From positions 5,881 to 66,113 of the forward strand of contig JAGRDU010000016.1 of NCBI GenBank assembly GCA_020446905.1: a stretch of 60,233 nt of DNA, read 5' to 3'. This document shows positions 1 to 9,597 of this stretch, piece by piece. This DNA comes from Paracoccaceae bacterium (GTDB taxonomy: Bacteria; Pseudomonadota; Alphaproteobacteria; Rhodobacterales; Rhodobacteraceae). The position numbers were made by a program, and so were the translations under genes. The stretch's first letter is position 1. The number at the start of each line of letters is the position of its first letter. A model generated the notes under the pieces. It was not told the DNA's origin, did not search any database, and worked only from the letters and a program-made list of their open reading frames with translations.

Positions 1-472
1 CGCAGCCTTCCTGCACCGTCAGGAACGCGGTCGGGCGCACCGCGGCCTTCGGCCGGTCGGGCAGGTGGTCGAACTTGTCCTCTTCGGGAAAGTCGGTGTC
101 GACGGTCTTCTCCCCCGCCTCGGCGGCCTTCGCCATCGCGGGCAGGCGGTGATAGCTTTGCGGGCCCACCACCAGATCGACCAAAGGCATCCGCGTCAGG
201 ATCTCCGCCCCCTCGGCCTGCGCGACGCAGCCGGCGACGCCGATCTTCAGGTCGGGTTTCTCGGCCTTCAGCGGGCGGAGGCGCCCAAGGTCGGAATAAA
301 GCTTCTCGCTCGCCTTCTCGCGGATGTGGCAGGTGTTCAGAAGCACCATGTCGGCGTCTTCCAGGACCTCGGTCGTGACATAGCCTTCGGCGCCCATGGC
401 TTCGGCCATGCGCTCGCTGTCGTAGACGTTCATCTGACAGCCGTAGGTCTTGATGAAGAGCTTCTTCGTCAT
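1..472 (-). CDS. miaB: tRNA 2-methylthio-N6-isopentenyladenosine methylthiotransferase MiaB, N-terminal part (continues beyond the left edge)
   Basis: Manual translation (not in ORF track) from ATG at 472: [22 protein letters not shown]...[14 protein letters not shown]...[11 protein letters not shown]...AFLTVQEGC, the UPF0004 domain plus the start of the radical-SAM motif. Confidence 0.96.
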   Translation of the reverse strand, partial: MTKKLFIKTYGCQMNVYDSERMAEAMGAEGYVTTEVLEDADMVLLNTCHIREKASEKLYSDLGRLRPLKAEKPDLKIGVAGCVAQAEGAEILTRMPLVDLVVGPQSYHRLPAMAKAAEAGEKTVDTDFPEEDKFDHLPDRPKAAVRPTAFLTVQEGC

Positions 473-600
473 CGGGCTCACCGGGATCGGGACGGGCGTT
501 CCTAGCGCAAAGCCCCCCGCGCCGCAATTGCCGCGGCTTGCATTTGCCCGGGCGCTGGCCAATTCTGGCGGCCCCGCGCATTCACTTGACCTCAAGGCCC

Positions 601-1470
601 ATGGACTTCCCGTCGCCCCACGAACTGCTCACGAACGGCCGGAGACTTGTCGCGAAAGGTCCCGTCGCGTTGATCTTCGTCGAGGACGCGATCGAGATCG
701 CTTCGACCCTGCGCCATCACGCCGCGCTCGGGTTCCGCGAGGTGATCGCCTTCGCGCCTGCCGCGATCCCGGCGCCCGATGAGGTGAGCGGACTGGCCCA
801 CTGGGTGACCTGCGACACCCACGCGCCGGGCGCGGTCCGGGCCACGGTGAACGCCGTCATCGCCGCCGCGCCCGCCGGAACCTGGTTCTACTACGGCTAC
901 AACGCCGAATACCTGTTCTTCCCGTTCAGCGAGACACGGACGGTGGGCGAGCTTCTCGCCTTCCACGCCGAGGAGCGGCGGGACGCGATGCTGGCCTCGG
1001 TCATCGACCTCTATGCGCCCGACCTTGGACGCCATCCCGACGCGGTGAGCCTTGCAGAGGCGATGTTCGACCGGAGCGGCTACAGCGCCCTGCCGCGCCA
1101 CGACCCCGAGACGGGCGCGGTCCTCGAGCGGCAGCACGACCTTTTCGGGGGCCTGCGGTGGCGGTTCGAGGAGCATGTGCCGTGGGAGCGGCGCAGGATC
1201 GACCGCGTCGCGCTTTTCCGTGCGGCGCCGGGCCTTGCGCTGCGCGAGGATCACACCTTCAGCACTGAGGAATACAACACCGGCGAATGCCCCTGGCACC
1301 GCAACCTGACGGCGGCGGTCCTGTCGTTCCGGGCGGCGAAAGCGCTGAAGAGCAACCCCGGATCGACCTACGACATCCGGAGCTTCCTCTGGCAGCATTC
1401 GACCCCGTTCGAGTGGCGCGCGCAGCAACTGCTCGACCTCGGGATCATCGAACCCGGCCAGTGGTTCTGA
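601..1470 (+). CDS. Conserved protein, probable glycosyltransferase family 2-like
   Basis: ORF 538..1470, more plausible ATG at 601. ...LRHHAALGF...W(FYY)[11 protein letters not shown]...DLY pattern resembles Rhodobacteraceae GT2-like proteins. Confidence 0.6.
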   Translation: MDFPSPHELLTNGRRLVAKGPVALIFVEDAIEIASTLRHHAALGFREVIAFAPAAIPAPDEVSGLAHWVTCDTHAPGAVRATVNAVIAAAPAGTWFYYGYNAEYLFFPFSETRTVGELLAFHAEERRDAMLASVIDLYAPDLGRHPDAVSLAEAMFDRSGYSALPRHDPETGAVLERQHDLFGGLRWRFEEHVPWERRRIDRVALFRAAPGLALREDHTFSTEEYNTGECPWHRNLTAAVLSFRAAKALKSNPGSTYDIRSFLWQHSTPFEWRAQQLLDLGIIEPGQWF

Positions 1471-1478
1471 CGGGCGGC

Positions 1479-3056
1479 TCAGTCCCGCACGTCGATCTCG
1501 ATCATCACCGGCCCGTCCTTGGGCGGGTTGGCCCCGAGCGCGGCGGCGACAGCGGCGGGGTCGGCGGCAACGCAGACATGGGGCACGCCGCAGGCGCGGG
1601 CGATCAGCGCGAAATCCGGCGGGACGGGATCGGTGCCGATGGGCTCCGCGCCCGCCGCGACCATCGCCTCGGCAATCTCGCGATAGGCGCGGTTATTCCA
1701 GATGACGAAGGTCAGCGGCACACGCTCCTGCACCGCGGTCATGAGTTCAGGCAGCGTGAACTGCGCGCCGCCGTCACCGGCGAGGCAGATCACGGGCGCC
1801 TCTGGTGCAGCGATGGCGGCACCGATCGCGGCGGGCAGGCCGTATCCCAGCGCGCCATAGCCCGTCGCGGCGTTGAACCAGCCGCCGGGGCGGTCATGAT
1901 CGTAGTAAAGGTTGCCGGCGTAGACCGGCTGCGTGGAATCGCCAACGAGAATCGCGCCCGGCACGGCATCGCGGATCGCCTCCAGCACGGCAAGCTGCCG
2001 CCGCATCGCGGGCTCAAGCGCCGCGCGCGCGGCCTCGCGGGCGCGGGCCGCCCGCGCCAAACCGTCCGAGCGCTGTCGGTCCTGCAACATCGCGGCGAGC
2101 CCGGGCAGGATCGCCTCGGCATGACCCTCAAGCGCGATCTCCGCCGGGTGGCGCGCCATCTGCGCGGCATCGACCTCGATGCGGATCAGGAAGGCGGGGC
2201 GCGGCACGCCGCCGACGACATACATGTCGTACTCGGTCGGCCCGAATTCCGTCCCGACGGCCAGCACCATATCGGCCCCGCGCATCAGGTCGCGCACCGG
2301 CTCAAGGCTGGGGCTGGCGGGCACGGTCAGGGCGTGGCCGTGCATCAGACCGCGCGCGTTGGCGGTCTGCACGACCGGCGCGCCGAGCCGTTCGGCGACC
2401 GCGCGGAGGGCTTCGCCGGCAAACCGCGCACCACCACCGGCAAGGATGAGGGGCCTTTGCGCGGTGCCGAGCACCTGGGCGGCGCGCCGGAGGGCATCGA
2501 GGGGGAGGGCCGGCGCGGCGGGCGCGGCGGGCGCGGGGATGTCGTCAGCCTGCATCGGCATCACGTCCGTCGGCACCTCGATATGCCGGGGACCGGGGCG
2601 GCCGGACGCAAGGCCCGCGAAGGCGCGTCCGAGAGCAGACGCCAGCCCCTCAGGCCCCTCGATGCGCTCGGAGCCGAGCGCGACAAGCGCGGTCATGCCC
2701 CGCTGATCGGGAAGCTCGTGCAAGTGGCCCATGCCGCGCCCGAGTGTGTCCCGACGGTTCACCCCCGAGACGACCAGCATCGGCACCGAATCCGCCCGCG
2801 CCTGCGCCATCGGGGTCAGCATGTTGGTCAGCCCCGGCCCGGTGATGACGAAGGCCACACCCGGACGCCCCGAAACGCGGGCGTAGCCGTCGGCCATGAA
2901 GCCTGCCCCCTGCTCGTGGCGCGGCGTGACATGGCGGATGCCGGACCCGGCTAGACCCCGGTAAAGCTCGACCGTATGGACACCGGGGATGCCAAAGACG
3001 ACCTTGACCCCGCGATCCTTCAGCGCCCGGACAAGGGCCTCGCCCACCGTGGTCAT
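1479..3056 (-). CDS. aruI: TPP-dependent decarboxylase, 5-guanidino-2-oxopentanoate (2-ketoarginine) decarboxylase-like
   Basis: VFGIPGVHTVELY, PRHEQGAGFMADGYAR, TPP motif GDGG...WNN; ATGA overlap with the upstream aruH-like gene. Confidence 0.8.
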   Translation of the reverse strand: MTTVGEALVRALKDRGVKVVFGIPGVHTVELYRGLAGSGIRHVTPRHEQGAGFMADGYARVSGRPGVAFVITGPGLTNMLTPMAQARADSVPMLVVSGVNRRDTLGRGMGHLHELPDQRGMTALVALGSERIEGPEGLASALGRAFAGLASGRPGPRHIEVPTDVMPMQADDIPAPAAPAAPALPLDALRRAAQVLGTAQRPLILAGGGARFAGEALRAVAERLGAPVVQTANARGLMHGHALTVPASPSLEPVRDLMRGADMVLAVGTEFGPTEYDMYVVGGVPRPAFLIRIEVDAAQMARHPAEIALEGHAEAILPGLAAMLQDRQRSDGLARAARAREAARAALEPAMRRQLAVLEAIRDAVPGAILVGDSTQPVYAGNLYYDHDRPGGWFNAATGYGALGYGLPAAIGAAIAAPEAPVICLAGDGGAQFTLPELMTAVQERVPLTFVIWNNRAYREIAEAMVAAGAEPIGTDPVPPDFALIARACGVPHVCVAADPAAVAAALGANPPKDGPVMIEIDVRD

Positions 3057-4243
3057 GCGATCCTCCGTTCGGAAAGCGTCAGGGAATGCGCCGCGATCCT
3101 GTCGCAGGCCTCGGCGAAGACCGCGTCCGGCACCGTCAGCGCGACGCGCACCCAGCCGGAGAGCGAGTGACCGAAGGATGCGCCGGGCATCACCGCGACA
3201 CCCGTCCGGTCCAGCAGGTCGAAGGCATAGGCGTGGTCCGTCAGCCCGGTGGCCGATATGTCGATCAGCGCGAACATCCCTGCCTCGGGCCGGTGCACCG
3301 ACAGCAGTGCGCCCTGCCCGAGCCGGTCCGCCAGAACCCCGGCCCGCAGCGCGAAGCGCTGGCGCATGCCCGCTGCGGCGGTCGAAGGCGCCCGCAACGC
3401 CGCGGCGGTCATGTCCGCGATGAAGGGCTGGTTGCCGAAGAGCATCGTCTCGGAGAGCGGCAGAAGCCGCGCGGCGAATTCCGCCGACCCGACCGCCCAG
3501 CCAGAGCGGAAGCCCGGCGCCGCATGGGACTTCGAGATCGAGGAGACGACGATGGTCCGGTCCGCGAGCTCCGCCCGGTCGAAGGGCGAGGCGAAGGACG
3601 CGCCGTCGAACACCAGTTCTTCGTAGACCTCGTCCGAAATGATCCAGAGATCTTGCCGCCGCGCGATCTCGCCGATGGCGACAAGATCCTCGGGCCGCAG
3701 CACCGCACCGGTGGGATTGTGCGGCGTGTTGAGAAGGATCGCGCGCGTCCGGGGCGTCACGCGCGCGTCAATGTCTTCGGCGGTGAAGCGGAAGCCGCGC
3801 TCCGGCCTGAGCGGCACGGGAGCGACCCGCGCGCCGCTCGACACCACCACGGCCTCATAGGTCGCATACATCGGGTCGCCGACGATGACCTCGGTGCCGG
3901 GCTCCGCGATGCCCCGCATCACCGCGTAAAGCGCGGTCTGGGTTCCGGGAAAGCAGAGGACCTGATCGGCGCCGACCGGACGGCCCGCCCGCGTCGAATA
4001 GCGCGCGGCAAGGACCTCGCGCAGGCCGGGTTCGCCGCGCCCGGACGAATATGTCGTGCGCCCCGCCCGCATCGCCAGCGCGGCGGCCTCGACAAGGTCG
4101 GGCGGCGTTGCGACGTCTGGGTTTCCGATGGTCAGGTCGATCACCTCACGCCCGGCGCGCGCCCTGTCCTGCGCGGCATAGTGCACCTCCCACTTCGCCG
4201 AGCCGAGCGGGGCGAGCGCGTCGAGGACGGGGGCATATCTCAT
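3053..4243 (-). CDS. aruH: PLP-dependent class I/II aminotransferase, arginine:pyruvate transaminase-like
   Basis: LNTPHNPTG, ISDEVY, SISKSHAAPGFRSGW (PLP lysine); adjacent to aruI-like gene. Confidence 0.75.
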   Translation of the reverse strand: MRYAPVLDALAPLGSAKWEVHYAAQDRARAGREVIDLTIGNPDVATPPDLVEAAALAMRAGRTTYSSGRGEPGLREVLAARYSTRAGRPVGADQVLCFPGTQTALYAVMRGIAEPGTEVIVGDPMYATYEAVVVSSGARVAPVPLRPERGFRFTAEDIDARVTPRTRAILLNTPHNPTGAVLRPEDLVAIGEIARRQDLWIISDEVYEELVFDGASFASPFDRAELADRTIVVSSISKSHAAPGFRSGWAVGSAEFAARLLPLSETMLFGNQPFIADMTAAALRAPSTAAAGMRQRFALRAGVLADRLGQGALLSVHRPEAGMFALIDISATGLTDHAYAFDLLDRTGVAVMPGASFGHSLSGWVRVALTVPDAVFAEACDRIAAHSLTLSERRIA

Positions 4244-4875
4244 GGCTGGTCTCCGTCAAGGTCGAGGCCTATCAGCGCGCCGACAGCGGACAGGCCGATG
4301 CGCTCGACCTCTCCCGCCGCGAAGGCTTCGGGCAGGACGCCGCCTTCCAGCCAGAGCCCGTCGATGACCGCGTTGCAGGCGATGGCGAGGCGGCGCAGGT
4401 CATCCGGGGCCGTCGTGCGCCCCGCCTCGGCAAGAGCCTTGGCGATGAGGCCCTGCAGACGATCGCGATAGGCCAGATAGGTCGCCTCGTGCGTCTTCCG
4501 CATCCCGGCGTCGCGCCGCACCATGTGCAGGAACGCGGCCCAGAGCGAGACCGCCCGTGCATCGACCACGGGCGGCGTCAGCGAGGCCGAGACGAACTGC
4601 GCGAGCCGGCTTGCGGCGTTGCCCGTGCCGAGGGTGCGGGCGCTGTCCTCGGTCTGCCGCGACATGTGGGCGAGGTAGGCGGCATTCAGAAGCTCTTCCT
4701 TCGAGCGGAAATGATGCCGGATCATCCCGGGAGAGAGCCCTGCCATCTCGGCGATGGCGCGCACCGTCGCGGCACCGGGTCCGGCGTCGGCCATGAGGCT
4801 CAGCGCGGCGGACACGAGGTCCGCGCGACGGTCCCCGGGTACGCCGCGCGTGAATTTCCGGGCGCTGTCCGACAT
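4240..4875 (-). CDS. TetR family transcriptional regulator (BetI-like C-terminus)
   Basis: HTH ATVRAIAEMAGLSPGMIRHHFRSKEELL; C-terminal AVIDGLWLE; ATG at 4875 preferred to TTG at 4887. Confidence 0.9.
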   Translation of the reverse strand: MSDSARKFTRGVPGDRRADLVSAALSLMADAGPGAATVRAIAEMAGLSPGMIRHHFRSKEELLNAAYLAHMSRQTEDSARTLGTGNAASRLAQFVSASLTPPVVDARAVSLWAAFLHMVRRDAGMRKTHEATYLAYRDRLQGLIAKALAEAGRTTAPDDLRRLAIACNAVIDGLWLEGGVLPEAFAAGEVERIGLSAVGALIGLDLDGDQP

Positions 4876-4885
4876 TCCGGTCCCC

Positions 4886-4904
4886 AATACAATACGCTTG
4901 TATT
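4886..4904. promoter_or_regulatory. Probable TetR operator palindrome
   Basis: AATACAA-TACGC-TTGTATT inverted repeat, AT-rich, between the divergent tetR and amidohydrolase genes. Confidence 0.65.
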
Positions 4905-4994
4905 ATTTCCGCCCGCAGGCTTTGCTGCAAGCGAAATCCGCTGGCCTTCGCCAGCCGGCCGGGGCATCGTTCCGGCTCTGACCGGAGCACGAAA

Positions 4995-6407
4995 ATGAAG
5001 AACACCGACCGCCTTTGGGACATCGTCGAGAACCACCGCGAGGCTTTCACCGGACTTGCCGACCGCGTCTTCGACACGCCCGAGGTCGCCTATACCGAGT
5101 ATGAAAGCGTCGCCGCGCATATCGAGATGCTTCAGGCGACCGGCGCGCGCATCACCCGCGATCTCGCCGGCATCCCGACAGCCGTGATGGGCGAATGGGG
5201 AAGCCGTGGGCCGGTCATCGCGATCCTTGGCGAATACGACGCCCTGCCCGCCCTCGGGCAGGAGCCGGGCGTGGCGGAGGAACGCCCCATGGGCGCCTTC
5301 GGCCACGGCTGCGGACACAACCTTCTTGGCTCGGCCGCGATGATGGCGGCGGTGGGCCTGCGCGACTGGCTGGCCGAGACCGGGACCCCGGGCCGGGTGC
5401 GCTATTACGGATGCCCGGCCGAAGAGGGCGGCGCGGCCAAGACCTTCATGGTGCGCGCGGGGCTTTTCGACGACGTCGACGCCGCGATCAGCTGGCACCC
5501 GGCGGACTATACTGGCGTCTTCCACGCCGCCTCGCTGGCAAACACCCGCATCGACTTCACCTTCCACGGGCGCGCCTCTCACGCTGCCGGGGCGCCCGAA
5601 CTTGGCCGGTCCGCCCTTGATGCGGTCGAACTGATGAACGTCGGGGTGAACTATCTGCGCGAGCACATGCCGCCGGGCGCCAAGATCCACTACGCCTATC
5701 TCGACGCGGGCGGCACCGCGCCCAACGTCGTGCCCGCGAAGGCCACCGTGCGCCAGCTGATCCGCACCAAGCGCCTGCGCGACCTCAACGCCCTTGTCGA
5801 GCGTGTGCGCAAGATCGGCGACGGCGCGGCGCTGATGACCGAGACGCGGGTCGAGACGCGCGTGGTCTCGGCGGTGTCGGACCTTCTTGGCAACCATGTC
5901 CTGGAAGAGGCGATGCAGGCGAACCTCGAACGGCTGGGGCCCGTGGATTTCGACGCGGCCGATGTGCCCTTCGCCGAGGCGATCCGCAAGACGCTGACCG
6001 AGGATCACATCGCCGACACCTTCCGCCAGCTTGGCCGCCCGATCGACCGGACCCTGCCGCTCTGCGACTTCGTCGTGCCGATCGACGCCGGGACCGAAGC
6101 CTCGATGGGATCGACCGATGTGGGCGATGTCAGCTGGGCTGTGCCCACCGTGCAGGCCTGGGTGGCGACCTGCGCCATCGGGACGCCCTTCCATTCCTGG
6201 CAGCTGACCGCCCAAGGCAAGAGCCCGGCCGCCCACAAGGGCATGGTCCATGCGGCGAAGGTGATGGCGACGACGGGGCGCGACCTCTTCCTGCGGCCGG
6301 ACCTGCTGGCGGCGGCGCGTGCCGAACATGCCGGCTATCTCGCCGCCGAGCCATACAGTTGCCCGATGCCGCCCGAGGTCAGCCCGGCGATCCCGCCGCG
6401 CGCCTAG
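4995..6407 (+). CDS. M20 family amidohydrolase (AbgB / p-aminobenzoyl-glutamate hydrolase subunit B-like)
   Basis: LGEYDALP, GHGCGHNLLG, GCPAEEGG, SWHP, GSTDVGDVSW, PFHSWQ motifs. Confidence 0.9.
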   Translation: MKNTDRLWDIVENHREAFTGLADRVFDTPEVAYTEYESVAAHIEMLQATGARITRDLAGIPTAVMGEWGSRGPVIAILGEYDALPALGQEPGVAEERPMGAFGHGCGHNLLGSAAMMAAVGLRDWLAETGTPGRVRYYGCPAEEGGAAKTFMVRAGLFDDVDAAISWHPADYTGVFHAASLANTRIDFTFHGRASHAAGAPELGRSALDAVELMNVGVNYLREHMPPGAKIHYAYLDAGGTAPNVVPAKATVRQLIRTKRLRDLNALVERVRKIGDGAALMTETRVETRVVSAVSDLLGNHVLEEAMQANLERLGPVDFDAADVPFAEAIRKTLTEDHIADTFRQLGRPIDRTLPLCDFVVPIDAGTEASMGSTDVGDVSWAVPTVQAWVATCAIGTPFHSWQLTAQGKSPAAHKGMVHAAKVMATTGRDLFLRPDLLAAARAEHAGYLAAEPYSCPMPPEVSPAIPPRA

Positions 6408-7525
6408 GCTGACAGGCCGAGAACCTCGCGCAGCCGGTCGTGGGGGATTGCGGGCACGAAGTTGCCATCGCGCCCCTCCATGTCCGCGTTCGCGATCATG
6501 GCGTTCAGGATCGCCTCCTCGACGCCCTCGGCCGCCGCCGCGAAGAACGGGTCGATATCCTCGTCCGGCACCCAGGCCGAACCCAGAAGCGCTGGCGTGG
6601 AGCGGCCCGAAATCTCGCGGTTCGCCGTGGAAAAGGCGAGGAAGATGTCGCCCGACCCGTGCCGACCGATGCCGCCCATCCGCGCGACCCCGACGGTCGC
6701 GCGCTGCGCCAGCCGCCGCAACTGGTGCGGCAGGAAGGGCGCATCGGTCGCGATCACCGCGATGATCGAACTGAGCGAGCGGTCCGGCGTTCCGCGCCGC
6801 ATCTGCCAGGCATCGAAAGCCGCGCCGATCCGCTGGCCAAGCACGGTCAGATCCTCGCGCGCGCCGAAATTCGCCTGCACGAAGGCACCGAGCGTGTAGT
6901 CCCGTCCGGCATAGGGCACGATGCGCGACGCGGTGCCGGACCCCGCCTTGAAGCCGAAGCACTTCATGCCGGTGCCGCCGCCGACGCTGCCTTCCTCGAC
7001 CGGCCCCGCACTTGCGCTTTCGATGGCGGCGAAGACATGTGCGTCCGTGACGTGAAACCCGTTGATGTCGTTCAGGAAGCCGTCATAGGTCTCGGCCGCC
7101 ACCGGCAGGGCGAAATCCTCATCGAACGCACCGGCAAAGCGCGTCGTGGCCCAGCGGATCGTCGCATCTCGGGCGACACCGCAGGAGTTGGTGTTGGTAA
7201 TGGTCACGGGAAGCGAGATTTTCCCGGCCTCGGCGATGTAGTGGACGCCCGTCAACTCCCCGTTGCCGTTGAAACTGTGATAGCCGGCGAAGACGGGGGT
7301 CTGTAGGTCCTCCACCGCACGCGGCAGGATCGCGGTGACGCCCGTACGCACCGGTCCCCGGCCCGGAACGAGAGGCCCCTGCCCCTCGATCAGCGTCGTG
7401 TAGCCGACCGCGACGCCGGGCACATCCGTAATCGCGTTCAGCGGCCCCGGCCTGCCGCCGACCACGAGGCCGATCGCGCGGGCGCGGGGCTTTCCGGCAG
7501 GGGTGCGTGCATGGGCGGACATCAT
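6404..7525 (-). CDS. DmpA/BapA (peptidase P1/S58) family aminopeptidase
   Basis: GPLNAITDVPGVAVG, VRTGVTAILP, NGNGELTG, ETYDGFLNDI, EEGSVGGGTGM, SIIAVIATDAP, GSGDIFLAFST. Confidence 0.9.
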   Translation of the reverse strand: MMSAHARTPAGKPRARAIGLVVGGRPGPLNAITDVPGVAVGYTTLIEGQGPLVPGRGPVRTGVTAILPRAVEDLQTPVFAGYHSFNGNGELTGVHYIAEAGKISLPVTITNTNSCGVARDATIRWATTRFAGAFDEDFALPVAAETYDGFLNDINGFHVTDAHVFAAIESASAGPVEEGSVGGGTGMKCFGFKAGSGTASRIVPYAGRDYTLGAFVQANFGAREDLTVLGQRIGAAFDAWQMRRGTPDRSLSSIIAVIATDAPFLPHQLRRLAQRATVGVARMGGIGRHGSGDIFLAFSTANREISGRSTPALLGSAWVPDEDIDPFFAAAAEGVEEAILNAMIANADMEGRDGNFVPAIPHDRLREVLGLSA

Positions 7526-7567
7526 GTCGTACTCCGAAAGGTGCAGCGCTGTGGACGAGCAGCCGTT

Positions 7568-8860
7568 TCAGACGACGACATCGAGCCGCGCCTGCTCTCC
7601 CACTCCGAAGACACGCTTGTAGCGCGCGATCTCGTCCTTCGGACCCATCGCCTTGTTGGGGTTGTCCGAGAGCTTCACGGTCGGGCGCCCGTCGGCCGAG
7701 ACCGCCTTGCAGACGAGGCTGAACGGCGCGAGACCGTCGTGCGGCGCGAACCCGCGGAAATCGTTGGTCAGAAGCGTGCCCCAGCCGAACGAGACCTTCA
7801 CCCGCCCCGCGAACTGCGCGTGCAGTTCCTCGATCTTTTCGACGTCGAGCCCGTCCGAGAAGATCACGAGCTTCTTCGTCGGATCCTCCCCGCGGTCCTT
7901 CCACCAGCGGATCGCGGTTTCCGCGCCCGCCGCCGGATCGCCGCTGTCGATGCGGATACCGGTCCAGCCCGCCAGCCAGTCCGGCGCGTTCTTCAGGAAC
8001 CCCTCTGTGCCGTAGGTGTCAGGCAGGATGATGCGGAGGTTGCCGTCATGCTCCTCGTGCCAGTCGGCGAGAACCTTGTAGGGCGCCTCGCGCAGATCCT
8101 CATCCGTGTCGGCCAGCGCCGCCGTCACCATGGGCAACTCGTGCGCATTGGTGCCGATCGCCTCGATGTCGCGGCGCATCGCGATGCGGCAATTGGAGGT
8201 GCCGATGAAGGCATCCCCGAGCCCCTCGATCATTGCCTGCACACACCAGTCCTGCCAGAGGAAGGAGTGCCGTCGCCGGGTGCCGAAATCGGCGATCTTC
8301 AGCCCTTCGATCTTGCGCAGCCGCTCGATCTTTTCCCAAAGCCGCGTCATCGCGCGGGCATAAAGGACCTCAAGCTCGAACTTGCCCATCGTCGCCAATA
8401 CCGCGCGCGAGCGCAGTTCCATCAGGACCGCAAGGGCCGGAATCTCCCACAGCATGACCTCGGGCCAGCTGCCCTCGAAGGTCAGCTCGTACTGATCACC
8501 CTTGCGCTCGAGGTGGTAGGGCGGCAGGCGCAGTTTCTCCAACCACTCCATGAAGGCGGGCGAGAACATCTGGCGCTTGCCGTAGAAGGTGTTGCCCCGC
8601 AGCCATGTTGACTCGCCCCGCGCCAGCGAGATCGAGCGGACATGGTCAAGCTGCTCGCGCAGTTCCCCCTCGTCGATCAGCCGGGCGAGCGGGATCGCGG
8701 TCGAGCGGTTGATGAGGCTGAAGGTGACATTGGTCCCCGGCCAGTTCCTCAGCACCGACTGGCACATCAGGAGCTTGTAGAAATCGGTGTCGATCATCGA
8801 CCGCACGATCGGGTCGATCTTGAAGTTGTGATTGTAGACGCGTGTGGCGATATCGACCAT
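7568..8860 (-). CDS. pncB: Nicotinate phosphoribosyltransferase
   Basis: DTDFYKLLM, DFGTRRRHS, GTNAHE, GIRIDSGDP, FSDGLD, KLSDNPNK. Confidence 0.96.
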   Translation of the reverse strand: MVDIATRVYNHNFKIDPIVRSMIDTDFYKLLMCQSVLRNWPGTNVTFSLINRSTAIPLARLIDEGELREQLDHVRSISLARGESTWLRGNTFYGKRQMFSPAFMEWLEKLRLPPYHLERKGDQYELTFEGSWPEVMLWEIPALAVLMELRSRAVLATMGKFELEVLYARAMTRLWEKIERLRKIEGLKIADFGTRRRHSFLWQDWCVQAMIEGLGDAFIGTSNCRIAMRRDIEAIGTNAHELPMVTAALADTDEDLREAPYKVLADWHEEHDGNLRIILPDTYGTEGFLKNAPDWLAGWTGIRIDSGDPAAGAETAIRWWKDRGEDPTKKLVIFSDGLDVEKIEELHAQFAGRVKVSFGWGTLLTNDFRGFAPHDGLAPFSLVCKAVSADGRPTVKLSDNPNKAMGPKDEIARYKRVFGVGEQARLDVVV

Positions 8861-9469
8861 TCAAAGCTCCAGCGAGACGCCCGCGGCGCGCATTCCGGCG
8901 CCGGCGCGGGCAAGCGAGCCATCGAGGTCGATGGCGCGGCAAAGGTCGCCGCGCACGGTGACCTTGAAGCCAAGGCGCGCGGCGTCGATGGCGGAATAGG
9001 CGACGCAGAAATCGGTCGCGAGGCCGACCATCGTGATCTCGGTCACGCCGCGAGTCTTGAGATATCCATCAAGCCCGGTCGGCGTCGCATGGTCGTTCTC
9101 GAAGAAGGCCGAGTAGCTGTCGATGGCCGAGCGGAAGCCCTTGCGGATCACCATGTCGGCGGGATCGGTCGCAAGGCCGGGATGGAACGCCGCCCCGGCG
9201 CTGCCCTGAACACAATGCACCGGCCAGAGGACCTGCGGCCCGTAGGGCATCGTCACCATCGAAAACGGCGCGGCGCCGGGATGGTTCGCGGCGAACGAGG
9301 AATGATCCGCCGGGTGCCAGTCCTGCGTCAGCACCTTGACAGCGAACTCCCCCATCAGCGCGTTGATGCCCGGCACGATCTCGTCCCCGCCGGCGACGGC
9401 AAGCGCCCCGCCGGGGCAGAAGTCGTTCTGCACGTCGATGACGATCAGGGCTTCGTGGCTTGGGCGCAT
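8861..9469 (-). CDS. pncA: Nicotinamidase/pyrazinamidase
   Basis: IDVQNDFCPGGAL, TQDWHP, WPVHCVQ, DSYSAF, GLATDFCV; AGGAGA RBS supports ATG at 9469. Confidence 0.95.
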   Translation of the reverse strand: MRPSHEALIVIDVQNDFCPGGALAVAGGDEIVPGINALMGEFAVKVLTQDWHPADHSSFAANHPGAAPFSMVTMPYGPQVLWPVHCVQGSAGAAFHPGLATDPADMVIRKGFRSAIDSYSAFFENDHATPTGLDGYLKTRGVTEITMVGLATDFCVAYSAIDAARLGFKVTVRGDLCRAIDLDGSLARAGAGMRAAGVSLEL

Positions 9470-9597
9470 GGACATCTCCTTCAACGTCCCATGCGTAAGG
9501 ACGGGTCTTCACGCGGTCAATGCCGTCGCGCCGGGAAACTTGCGCCGGCCGGGCAGGTTTGCTAGGTCCGCGCCTCCCGCCACATTGAGTCCCGGCC

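Noticed and set aside
65-505. Plus-strand 146-aa ORF at the window start
   Set aside because: Antisense shadow of miaB
9493-9515. Hairpin upstream of pncA as an NAD-related riboswitch or operator
   Set aside because: Short imperfect GC-rich stem with no recognisable consensus
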